Notes: generated from the letters alone by a model not told the origin. A DNA stretch of 14,889 bases from Candidatus Hydrothermarchaeales archaeon (GCA_036444275.1 JAZGAD010000031.1:1-14889), one strand, 5' to 3'; positions 1 to 8,081 are shown, counted from the stretch's first letter. Translations and numbers: made by a program.

Positions 1-150
1 GCAAAGGTGACGGTGAGGAAGCAGATAGCGATCCCGAAGAAGGTCCGAGAGAAGCTAGGCGGCGTTGAAGAAGGGGAGTACCTGCTCTTCTACGAGAGAA
101 GTGGGAAAATATACGTCGAGAAGGGCGTGCTCGTTCTAAAGCCGAAGTAA
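1..150 (+). CDS. AbrB/MazE/SpoVT-family DNA-binding protein (5' partial)
   Basis: Hand translation of frame 1 gives AKVTVRKQIAIPKKVREKLGGVEEGEYLLFYERSGKIYVEKGVLVLKPK*. This fits the AbrB swapped-hairpin pattern KV-x3-QI-x-IPK-x-VRE-x-LG-x3-G. Not in the ORF track. Confidence 0.85.
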   Translation, partial: AKVTVRKQIAIPKKVREKLGGVEEGEYLLFYERSGKIYVEKGVLVLKPK

Positions 151-206
151 CCATCTTCTTTCCTCCTCTACAGGACCAAAAAAGGCATGCTTCATCTAAT
201 TGATAT

Positions 207-247
207 TCACTATAGCGATTAGTCACTCTAGCGCTTATATTTATAAG
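207..247. promoter_or_regulatory. Direct repeat pair plus near-palindromic TATA element
   Basis: TCACTATAGCG (207-217) and TCACTCTAGCG (223-233) repeat with a 16-bp period. They are followed immediately by CTTATA-TT-TATAAG (234-247), which contains TTTATAA. Confidence 0.4.
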
Positions 248-279
248 TCCTATATATATTTTTGCAAAAGTGGAGCGGC

Positions 280-392
280 GTGAAAGCCATAGTCAAAGCA
301 GTTTCAAAGTCCCTGGCCATTGACATTCTGCTTTTTTTAAAAGAAAAGGGGGGGGAGTGGAGTATTCTGAGATTAAGCAGCTGGGGCACTAA
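280..392 (+). pseudogene. Truncated, frameshifted winged-helix (ArsR/HxlR-like) regulator remnant
   Basis: GTG at 280 gives VKAIVKAVSKSLAIDILLFLKEKG. A -1 shift in the G8 tract (348-355) continues GVEYSEIKQLGH* (TAA 390-392). This resembles wHTH helices 1-2, with the recognition helix and wing missing. Confidence 0.45.
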
Positions 393-533
393 AAAGTTAG
401 GTGGGGTTATATCTATTACTATTTGTTCGTTCCAAGTTATTTGGCCGTCTAACTATAATTGCTTTTCATTTTTCCACTTCCACTTTCACTTTAACCAAAA
501 AATTAATAGACTCATTCATATTTAATTATTTAA

Positions 534-1670
534 ATGCTCAGATTTCCGCGTGGAACTGTAGAAGAGGCTGAGTGTGGAATCTGCGGCGAGCGGAGCAAAG
601 TTATCTCTAAGGTTCTGGGGGTATGCTCTGGATGCATAGGGGGGCGGTGGAAAGAAGCAGTTCACTTTGTGAAGAAGGCGCATTCCGCTTCCCGGGCACG
701 TTTTGGTTTACCTGAAGAGCAACCCAAGGATCCTCTTGGCGTTAGATGCGGTCTATGCGTAAATGACTGTCGAATACCAGGTGGAGAAAGAGGGTACTGC
801 GGCCTGCGGGAGAATAGGGACGGCAAGTTGATCCATCTCGCTGGAACCCCTGAGTTTGGTTTGCTGGAGTATTACTACGATCCCCTGCCGACTAACTGCG
901 TTGCCGATTGGGTTTGCGCAGGATGTACCGGTGCAGGGTATCCCGATTACTCCTATAGTGAGAAGGCATCTGAATCCGGTTACAAAAACCTCGCCGTGTT
1001 TTATTCTTCATGCATATTTGACTGCTTATTCTGTCAGAACTGGCACTACCGCAAGGGACCTAGGAGAATGAGCCCGATGATAAGCGCGTCCCAACTCGCC
1101 TCCCAGGTAGATGGGAAGACCTCTTGCATCTGCTACTTTGGGGGCGACCCCGCATCCCAGATGGTCCACACCTTAAGAACGTCCCAACTAGCTATTAAAA
1201 GAGCAAATGGGCGAATCCTAAGGATATGCTGGGAGACCAATGGAGGTATGTCTCTTCCGTTCATCAAGAAGGCTGCGAAGTTATCCATGGATAGCGGCGG
1301 TTGTATAAAATTTGACCTTAAGGCATGGGACGAAAACCTGCATATAGCACTAACAGGTGCTACCAACAAGCGCACCCTAGAGAACTTCCAGTGGCTTGCG
1401 AAATATGGGGAGCAGCGGAGAGAGCCTCCATTTTTGGTGGCGAGCACGTTACTAGTGCCGGGTTATATTGATTCAACTGAAGTAGAGAAGATAGCACAGT
1501 TCATATCAGCGCTTGATCCGGAGATACCATATTCGCTACTGGCATTCAGTCCAGAGTACCTTATGGAGGATATGCCCTTACTCTCGCGGGAGCAAGTTGA
1601 CGATTGCTACTCAGCGGCTAAAGATTACTTGGAGAACGTTAAGATAGGGAACGCACATTTGTTGGCGTAG
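534..1670 (+). CDS. Radical SAM protein, AmrS/PFL-activase-related (COG1180-like), with N-terminal Cys-rich extension
   Basis: CxxxCxxC motif CIFDCLFCQN plus GGDP, ETNG and FDLK motifs. The N-terminus has CGIC...CSGC and CGLCVNDC...YCG, and the protein ends IGNAHLL. 378 aa. Confidence 0.88.
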   Translation: MLRFPRGTVEEAECGICGERSKVISKVLGVCSGCIGGRWKEAVHFVKKAHSASRARFGLPEEQPKDPLGVRCGLCVNDCRIPGGERGYCGLRENRDGKLIHLAGTPEFGLLEYYYDPLPTNCVADWVCAGCTGAGYPDYSYSEKASESGYKNLAVFYSSCIFDCLFCQNWHYRKGPRRMSPMISASQLASQVDGKTSCICYFGGDPASQMVHTLRTSQLAIKRANGRILRICWETNGGMSLPFIKKAAKLSMDSGGCIKFDLKAWDENLHIALTGATNKRTLENFQWLAKYGEQRREPPFLVASTLLVPGYIDSTEVEKIAQFISALDPEIPYSLLAFSPEYLMEDMPLLSREQVDDCYSAAKDYLENVKIGNAHLLA

Positions 1671-1806
1671 CTGGCGTTATAAGAATGTGGCTAGGGGACC
1701 ACTTTACTTCTAAGGAATTGCATTACCTCTTGCGGCACTTAATATTAATGCTAAATGTTAAATTTGCTCAGCGGTTTCCTAGAACATACCCTTAGGACGT
1801 GTTAAT

Positions 1807-2820
1807 ATGGGAAAAAAGGAAGAAGAGTTCGCTTTGATCAAAAAGCTTGAATTGCGCAACATTATCCAGATTGCATTTATTTTGTTCATGTTGCACATAG
1901 GCTGGCAGTTCTATCGCTTTGTCACTCACTTCAAGACAAATGGGACAACTGAGTTTGTTCAGCGCCCACCTTCTGTTGAGAGCTTCCTTCCTATAAGCGC
2001 CTTGATTGCATTGAAGAGTTGGCTAGCTAACAATGTATTTGACCCCATCCATCCAGCAGGGTTGACAATATTCTTGGCAGTACTCTTGATATCATTTATG
2101 TACAAAAGAGGGTTCTGCAGTTGGATATGCCCTATAGGAACGAGTTCAGAGGGCTTGTGGAAACTGGGGAAAAGGATATTCAAGAGGAATCTCGCTCTGC
2201 CTAAATATATAGACTGGCCGCTCATGCTTCCCAAGTATCTCATCCTAGCATTCTTCCTAAAAGCAATATTACTCGGCATGAATGCAACTGCGGCGACTGC
2301 ATTTCTGAACAGCCCCTACAACAGGATAGCAGATGCAAAAATGCTTGAATTCTGGATCAACCCGGGTGCGACCACTATAAAGATTATGCTCGTTTTAGTA
2401 CTTCTTTCAATCCCTTTAAAGAACTTCTGGTGCCGATATTTATGTCCATATGGGGCCTTGCTTGGATTATTCGGTTTCTTCAGTCCCCTGGGGGTAACTC
2501 GTGACCAAGAGAAATGCATTAAATGCGGTGCATGTAGCAGAGCCTGCCCAAACCAGATAAAGGTGGATCAAGGATTGCGGGTAGATTCTGTTGAATGTAC
2601 CAGTTGCCTTGATTGCATAGAGAGCTGCACTCCGAGGGCATTGAGCTTGAAGATTCTAAGAACGAGAACGTATATTAACCCTAGATACTATCCACTGCTC
2701 CTCTTGGGAACCTTTTTCTTTGTCATATTCATAGCCAAGGCGACAGGACATTGGGAGACAATCTTGAGATACGAAGACTACCGCATGCTTATACCTATGA
2801 TGCATATGTTTAGCCATTAA
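1807..2820 (+). CDS. Membrane-bound 4Fe-4S polyferredoxin (NapH/MauN/YccM family)
   Basis: Several TM helices, two CxxxCP motifs (FCSWICPIG, WCRYLCPYG) and two ferredoxin motifs (CIKCGACSRACP, CTSCLDCIESCT). Confidence 0.9.
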   Translation: MGKKEEEFALIKKLELRNIIQIAFILFMLHIGWQFYRFVTHFKTNGTTEFVQRPPSVESFLPISALIALKSWLANNVFDPIHPAGLTIFLAVLLISFMYKRGFCSWICPIGTSSEGLWKLGKRIFKRNLALPKYIDWPLMLPKYLILAFFLKAILLGMNATAATAFLNSPYNRIADAKMLEFWINPGATTIKIMLVLVLLSIPLKNFWCRYLCPYGALLGLFGFFSPLGVTRDQEKCIKCGACSRACPNQIKVDQGLRVDSVECTSCLDCIESCTPRALSLKILRTRTYINPRYYPLLLLGTFFFVIFIAKATGHWETILRYEDYRMLIPMMHMFSH

Positions 2821-2958
2821 CTATCTTCTAATATACCTGCCTACTATCGGGATATTCTCACCGCACTTAGGGCATTGTTTATCCATATCTTGTAATCCGC
2901 CACGCTACAACCCAGCCGCTTGATCAATAATTCATTACAATTTGGACAGAAGTGTATT
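2821..2958 (-). pseudogene. Frameshifted 3' remnant of an AmmeMemoRadiSam radical SAM enzyme (AmrS-type C-terminal Zn finger)
   Basis: The minus strand reads NT/FCPNCNELLIKRLGCSVADYKI/MDKQCPKCGENIPIVGRYIRR* (TAG 2823-2821) with two frameshifts. This matches the typical AmrS tail NTYCPxCGxLLIxRxG...CPxCGxxIPIVG. The upstream body of the gene is absent. Confidence 0.75.
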
Positions 2959-3066
2959 GGCTTAAAACCAATTTATTGGTATAACCTGGCATCCTTGAAA
3001 CCTAAGAGGTGAAGTAAAAGTAGGTAAACCATTAATTTTTTATGTTTATGTAGTAGTAGCTAGGGC

Positions 3067-4674
3067 ATGGAGGTACTGCCGATCGTTTTCGGGGTGGTAG
3101 GAGGGCTTGCTTTATTTCTCTATGGGCTACGTGTGTTGAGTGGGAGCTTGAAGAAAGTAGCAGGCGATAGATTAAAGATAATGCTTGAAAAGTTCACTAA
3201 TAGAGCATCAAAAGGGGCGCTAGTTGGAACTTTTGTCACTTCTATCATCCAAAGTAGTAGCGTTACAATGGTCACTCTAATCGGCTTGATCAACGCTGGT
3301 CTGTTAACCATGGAGCAGGCGGTTGGAGTGATGCTGGGAGCTGAGATCGGTACAACGATTACTGCACAGTTGGTTGCCTTCCGCATCGGCATGTTCTATC
3401 TTCCTTTAATAGCGATCGGTTTTTTCCTGTCTTTCTTTGCTAAGTCCGAGAAAAATAGGTACATCGGAGAGGCAATCCTAGGCTTTGGGCTCCTGTTTTT
3501 AGGGATGCATACCATGAAAAACGGGGTTAGCTCCCTTCGCAGCGACCCCTTCTTTATTGATTTCCTCTACACCTTTGGGAAAACACCTATCCTAGGCATC
3601 ATAGCTGGGGCGATTTTTACGGGTATAGTACAGAGCAGCACCGCTACAACAGGGTTAGTTATTGCGATGGGAATGGAGAATGTAATAAACCTGCCATCTG
3701 CAATTGCACTGATCTTTGGGGCGAATATTGGAACCTGCATTACCGGCTTGCTTGCGTCAATTGGCTCGTCTCTTTCATCTAGAAGAACCGCAGTAGCACA
3801 GCTTTTAATCAATGTAGCTGGTGTGAGCCTCTTCTTCCCATTTATATGGAAGTACGCTGGGATCGTTGCCTTGACGTCGTCCAATCTACCGAGGCAGATT
3901 GCAAACGCTCACACAATATTCAATGTAACCATAACCCTACTAATGCTGCCGCTGGTCGGAGTCGTTGTTACCGTGGTAAAGAAGATTGTCCCTGGGGAGG
4001 AAATAAAAATCGATCGAGGGGTAAAATTCCTAGACAAACGTACCTTGAAGACGCCTGCTCTTGCCTTGGGGCAAGCCGCAAGGGAGACAAATCAAATGGC
4101 GAAAATAGCTTCCGAGATGCTGAAGCATGCTGAGAATGCTCTTGAGACCGAAGACCTCAAGTTAACTCTGACCATCCGCAAACAGGAGGAAGCAATAGAT
4201 GAACTATACGATGCAATTGAGAGGTACCTCGTGCAACTATCTGGAGAGGATCTATCTGAAGCCCAAGCAAGAAAATTTGCTATCTTGAATCATAGCATAA
4301 CCGATATTGAACGTGTTGGAGATCATGCGCACAACCTTGCTGAACTCATAGAGCAAAAGTCCAAGGGAGGATTGGTCTTCTCGGAGTTTGCAACTAACGA
4401 GCTTCGATCGATGTTTGAGAAGGTAAGAAGCGCTTACGACAAATCCTTCAGGGTTTTGCAAAAAGAGAACATGGATCTGGGTAAGGCGGTACTGGACCTT
4501 GAAAAAGACGTTGATGTTATGGAAAGGGAATTCGTAGAGAACCATTTAAAAAGACTTAAAGATGGTATATGCGAGCCAGTGGCTGGACCGGTATTTGTCG
4601 ACATGCTGAGGAACTTGGAGAGGATTTCAGATCACGCCTCAAATATCGCCAGTTCAGTGCTTATTGGATTCTAA
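3067..4674 (+). CDS. Na+/Pi cotransporter family protein (NptA/YjbB-like) with C-terminal PhoU domains
   Basis: N-terminal GGLALFLYG; duplicated QSSS/QSST...GA(E/N)IGT repeats; QIANAHTIFN; two PhoU repeats (IERVGDHA, LERISDHA). Confidence 0.93.
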   Translation: MEVLPIVFGVVGGLALFLYGLRVLSGSLKKVAGDRLKIMLEKFTNRASKGALVGTFVTSIIQSSSVTMVTLIGLINAGLLTMEQAVGVMLGAEIGTTITAQLVAFRIGMFYLPLIAIGFFLSFFAKSEKNRYIGEAILGFGLLFLGMHTMKNGVSSLRSDPFFIDFLYTFGKTPILGIIAGAIFTGIVQSSTATTGLVIAMGMENVINLPSAIALIFGANIGTCITGLLASIGSSLSSRRTAVAQLLINVAGVSLFFPFIWKYAGIVALTSSNLPRQIANAHTIFNVTITLLMLPLVGVVVTVVKKIVPGEEIKIDRGVKFLDKRTLKTPALALGQAARETNQMAKIASEMLKHAENALETEDLKLTLTIRKQEEAIDELYDAIERYLVQLSGEDLSEAQARKFAILNHSITDIERVGDHAHNLAELIEQKSKGGLVFSEFATNELRSMFEKVRSAYDKSFRVLQKENMDLGKAVLDLEKDVDVMEREFVENHLKRLKDGICEPVAGPVFVDMLRNLERISDHASNIASSVLIGF

Positions 4675-4675
4675 A

Positions 4676-4695
4676 TACACTACACTACACTATAC
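4676..4695 (+). repeat. Short tandem repeat (TACAC)x3 + TATAC
   Basis: tacac-tacac-tacac-tatac lies between the cotransporter stop and a TATA-like TTATAAT upstream of arsC. Confidence 0.6.
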
Positions 4696-4727
4696 GTTAT
4701 AATCTATCTAGAAGAATGGAGCTGTAT

Positions 4728-5141
4728 ATGCAAGTCCTCTTCGTCTGCGTTGGTAATTCAGCAAGGAGCCAGATGGCCGAGGGGTTCTTCAATGTGCTTG
4801 CCCCAGAAAGGGTGAAAGCAGTGAGTGCCGGCACTAAGCCTGCAGCCAGAGTGAGCTCAAAGACTGTCGAGGTAATGCGGGAGGTGGGCATTGACATTGA
4901 TATTAAAAATCAGAGCCCAACGTTGGTTACACAAGATATGATTGAAAACGTAGCTAGGATCGTAACTATGGGTTGCCTAGACGAGGGTTCCTGTCCTGCA
5001 TTTTTGGTGGAGGATAGTTCAAAATCAAAACTCGTGGATTGGGAGATAAGAGACCCTAGGGCTATGCCTCTCGAGGAATACAGAAAAGTGCGAGATGCGA
5101 TAAAAAAGAAAGTTGAAGCATTGGTAGAGGAGTTCTCTTAG
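4728..5141 (+). CDS. arsC: Arsenate reductase ArsC (thioredoxin-coupled, LMW-PTP fold)
   Basis: P-loop VLFVCVGNSARSQMAE, SAGT, resolving cysteines TMGCLDEGSCP and DWEIRDP. The start is reassigned to ATG 4728, with GGAG at 4718-4721. The longer start in the track overlaps the upstream gene. Confidence 0.87.
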   Translation: MQVLFVCVGNSARSQMAEGFFNVLAPERVKAVSAGTKPAARVSSKTVEVMREVGIDIDIKNQSPTLVTQDMIENVARIVTMGCLDEGSCPAFLVEDSSKSKLVDWEIRDPRAMPLEEYRKVRDAIKKKVEALVEEFS

Positions 5142-5142
5142 T

Positions 5143-5170
5143 GATAGTATAGTTGAATTCCGGTACTATC
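5143..5170. terminator. Inverted repeat between convergent arsC and hppA (possible bidirectional terminator)
   Basis: GATAGTA (5143-5149) and TACTATC (5164-5170) form a 7-bp stem that fills almost all of the 32-bp convergent gap. Confidence 0.3.
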
Positions 5171-5173
5171 TGC

Positions 5174-7138
5174 TCAAATGAAGAGCGGAGCAAACACAAC
5201 AGCGACAATGGACATGAGCTTTATCAAGATGTTGAGCGATGGCCCTGATGTGTCCTTGAATGGATCGCCGAGAGTATCCCCAACGACAGATGCCTTATGA
5301 GGTGCCGAGCCTTTTCCCCCGAGTTTTCCTGTCTCGATGTATTTCTTGGCATTATCCCAGGTAGCCCCTGCGTTGGCCATCATAACAGCTAGGAGAAAAC
5401 CAGTTACTATCGTGCCTGCCAGCAGTCCCCCCAGCGCCTCTGCACCAAGGGTCAGGCCTATAAGGATGGGTACGACAACTGCCAAGAGACCAGGCACTAC
5501 CATTTCTTTTATCGCTGTCTTGGTGCTGATGTCAACGCATTTAGCGTAGTCTGCCTTCGCTTCACCTTCCATTAGCCCCGGGATCTCCTTAAACTGTCTC
5601 CTAACCTCGTTTACAACCTGGAAGGCAGCTTTTCCAACTCCGTCCATAGTGAAGGATGAAAAAAGAAAGGGAAGCACCCCGCCTATGAAGAGTCCTGCTA
5701 TGACGCGTGATTCCATTATGTCAATACTAGTAATCCCAGTTATCTTGGTATACGCTGAGAACAGAGCTAGGGCAGTCAAGGCAGCTGAAGCGATGGCAAA
5801 GCCCTTGCCCGTAGCAGCTGTGGTATTACCGAGGGCGTCTAGGGCATCTGTCCTATCCCTAACCTCTTTGCCGAGATGAGACATCTCAGCTATACCACCT
5901 GCGTTGTCGGCTATAGGCCCATAGGCATCAGTCGACATAGTCATTCCAAGGGTTGAAAGCATGCCGACAGCAGCGATCGCTATGCCGTATACACCGGCGA
6001 ACTTGACAGTAAGGATAATAGCAAATGCAACAAGCAGAACGGGTATGGCCGTGCTCTTCATGCCGATTGAAATACCAGCTATCAGATTTGTGCCAGCACC
6101 GGTCTGTGCAGCCTCAGCAACTCTTTGCGTCGGCCTGTAGTTGCTGGAGGTATAGTATTCTGTTACTAAACCGATGATAATACCAACCACTAAGCCAATA
6201 ATGGCAGCGTAAAACACCCCTATGTCGCCTACAGTCGCTTTAACAAGGAAGTATGTCGCTATGGTAATCAGGAATGCAGTGACAAAAACACCTTTGCGCA
6301 GGGCGAAGAGCAGTCCAGATGTCCCTACGTCATCCTTTGTGTTAACGAAGAATGTGCCGATTATAGAAGCGATGATTCCGGCTGCAGCGATCGCAAGAGG
6401 TAAAACCACTCCATTCGTACCGTGCACGACGAGCCCGAGTATCATAGCAGCGATAATGGAATTTACATAGGACTCAAAGAGATCAGCACCCATGCCGGCG
6501 ATGTCGCCTACATTGTCTCCGACATTGTCTGCTATTACTCCTGGGTTACGCGGATCATCCTCAGGTATTCCTGCCTCTATCTTGCCTACCAAGTCAGCTC
6601 CCACATCAGCACCCTTCGTGTATATCCCGCCGCCTACCCTCGCGAACAACGCTATCGAACTTGCTCCGAATCCAAAACCGTTGATTAGGTTCGGGTCCTT
6701 TAAGAGGTAATAGAAGAAGCCAATGCCTAGCAGACCCAGTCCAACGACAGAGAACCCCATGACAGCGCCACCTGCGAATGCAACCTTTAAAGCCTTGTTT
6801 ATGCTGGTCTTAGCTGCCTCTGTGGTCTTTACATTAGCGCGGGTTGCAGTGTCCATACCTATGAAACCAGCCAAGGCAGAGCAGATTGCACCCCCGACAT
6901 AGGCTAGAGCAACCTTCGAGCTAATCGCAGCCGCCAATATGATGGTCACAGCTGTTGCAAAGACCACTATCACTGAATACTCCGTCTTGAGGAATGCTAT
7001 TGCACCCTCATGAATCGCACTTGAAATCTCCAGCATCTTGCCTGTTCCAGGCTCCTCTTTACCTAGCTCTATTATCAGGTACCCTACGAAGCCCATGGCT
7101 ATGAGTCCTGCAAGTGGTGCGAGCAGTGCAAAGTCCAT
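5174..7138 (-). CDS. hppA: Membrane-integral pyrophosphatase, K+-dependent, probably Na+-translocating
   Basis: Motifs GGGIYTKGADVGADLVGKIE, IPEDDPRNP, DNVGDNVGD, GADLFESY and GDTLGDPFKDTSGP. GNTTAA (Ala rather than Lys) marks the K+-dependent class. The start is reassigned to ATG 7138 (MDFALL), preceded by SD-like AGAGGA. Confidence 0.95.
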   Translation of the reverse strand: MDFALLAPLAGLIAMGFVGYLIIELGKEEPGTGKMLEISSAIHEGAIAFLKTEYSVIVVFATAVTIILAAAISSKVALAYVGGAICSALAGFIGMDTATRANVKTTEAAKTSINKALKVAFAGGAVMGFSVVGLGLLGIGFFYYLLKDPNLINGFGFGASSIALFARVGGGIYTKGADVGADLVGKIEAGIPEDDPRNPGVIADNVGDNVGDIAGMGADLFESYVNSIIAAMILGLVVHGTNGVVLPLAIAAAGIIASIIGTFFVNTKDDVGTSGLLFALRKGVFVTAFLITIATYFLVKATVGDIGVFYAAIIGLVVGIIIGLVTEYYTSSNYRPTQRVAEAAQTGAGTNLIAGISIGMKSTAIPVLLVAFAIILTVKFAGVYGIAIAAVGMLSTLGMTMSTDAYGPIADNAGGIAEMSHLGKEVRDRTDALDALGNTTAATGKGFAIASAALTALALFSAYTKITGITSIDIMESRVIAGLFIGGVLPFLFSSFTMDGVGKAAFQVVNEVRRQFKEIPGLMEGEAKADYAKCVDISTKTAIKEMVVPGLLAVVVPILIGLTLGAEALGGLLAGTIVTGFLLAVMMANAGATWDNAKKYIETGKLGGKGSAPHKASVVGDTLGDPFKDTSGPSLNILIKLMSIVAVVFAPLFI

Positions 7139-7166
7139 ACTACATCCTCTTTGATTTTCTAAACCC

Positions 7167-7204
7167 ATGGAATGAGGATTCCATATCATATAAATCTTTT
7201 TTCA
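7167..7204 (-). promoter_or_regulatory. hppA promoter (BRE/TATA) with palindromic operator matching the NrpR consensus GGAA-N6-TTCC
   Basis: The minus strand has an A-rich BRE and TTTATATG (7194-7187). These are followed by the perfect inverted repeat ATGGAAT-N4-ATTCCAT (7167-7184), which contains GGAA-TGAGGA-TTCC (7169-7182). Confidence 0.6.
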
Positions 7205-7556
7205 AAGCAGGGGCTGTCTGTCAAATCATTGGAGATTAAGGATAACGTAGTATAAGTCATCGTTCTCCACCGAGGAAGTCACCTGCACCAACTCAAACAT
7301 AGGATAATAAACGGATTTCGAAAAATATTTCCATATCCGAAATTTTTGCAACGCTAATGAGGGTTTCTAATCCTTTTCTCCCTCAATATTACCCGAACAC
7401 GTCTACGATGTCCAATAAAGACTATGACACACACAACATTACATTTAAATATTCTTTCATATATCCTCATAACATAAAGGGATTTCATGGTATGGTATTA
7501 AGCAGCTATAAAAAAGTTGTTTAATTTAATGGCTGGGGTATTGGGTGTGATAGAGC

Positions 7557-8081
7557 ATGGGAAAACTGGATATAGATTCTAGATCAAGAGCTGAAAAATT
7601 TTCGCATTATATTTTGAAAAGATGGTTTATTTCGGCTATCAAAACCACTTGGAAACTAACGCATAACCCAGTGATTGCGAGGATGGCTGCAGAGGATGCC
7701 GGGAGGAAGATATTTGACGATCTGATTGAAAAACAGGAGACTTGGACTCCAGAACTTTGGATCGAAGCTGTGAAAAAGTGTATTGATACTCTTTGCGATG
7801 TTGAGACTGAATTTCTCATGACAAACGATGCGCACATAAAAATGAACGTAAAGCAATGTTTCTTTCCAGATGTAATGAAAGAAGACCGCTTTGCAACTTG
7901 CAGTTTCTGTTACGGGACATGGGGAGCGATCTTTAAAAAGGCGTTCCCAAAAGGGGAATTACTCCTGTCAGAACTTATATCAAAAGGCGCCTCTTGTTGC
8001 GAGTTTGGATTTTTGCGTAGCCCATCCGAAGAGGATATACTGCAGGCAAGTGCGGATTTAAGGAGGATGTTTTTAAAGTAG
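7557..8081 (+). CDS. V4R / methanogen-output-domain (MetOD1)-like small-ligand-binding protein
   Basis: The pattern 'AGRKIF ... KQCFF ... CSFCYGTWGAIF ... LISKGASCCEF' resembles the V4R C-P-F / C-x6-G / GxxxCxF signature. SD-like GGTGTGA lies upstream. Confidence 0.6.
   Translation: MGKLDIDSRSRAEKFSHYILKRWFISAIKTTWKLTHNPVIARMAAEDAGRKIFDDLIEKQETWTPELWIEAVKKCIDTLCDVETEFLMTNDAHIKMNVKQCFFPDVMKEDRFATCSFCYGTWGAIFKKAFPKGELLLSELISKGASCCEFGFLRSPSEEDILQASADLRRMFLK

Noticed and set aside
1-150. Type II toxin-antitoxin pair
   Set aside because: No toxin ORF follows the AbrB-like gene. An upstream partner outside the window cannot be assessed.
395-495. Minus-strand 'MK/AIIVRRPNNLE' resembling a Zn-alcohol-dehydrogenase N-terminus, and TTCCAC/TTTCAC hexamer repeats
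   Set aside because: Too short, needs a frameshift and has no diagnostic motif. The repeats are degenerate and few.
262-525. 87-aa ORF from the track as an intact gene
   Set aside because: After the G8 tract the translation is low-complexity AT-rich intergenic sequence (FHFHFHFN). Only the first ~30 codons look protein-like.
4569-4727. N-terminal extension of ArsC in the ORF track
   Set aside because: It overlaps the cotransporter 3' end. The ArsC fold begins at MQVLFVC, which has its own SD.
7139-7189. hppA N-terminal extension, and a riboswitch-like hairpin whose ATCCTC could pair with the SD GAGGAT
   Set aside because: The track's start lies in the TATA box. The hairpin falls between the TATA and the expected TSS (about 7164), so it is probably not transcribed, and a DNA operator is the simpler reading.
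7228-7370. Possible fluoride (crcB) riboswitch, suggested by GCTAATGA and a nearby pyrophosphatase
   Set aside because: The 5' GGNGAUGG-type element and pseudoknot pairing are absent, and the motif is on the wrong strand for hppA.
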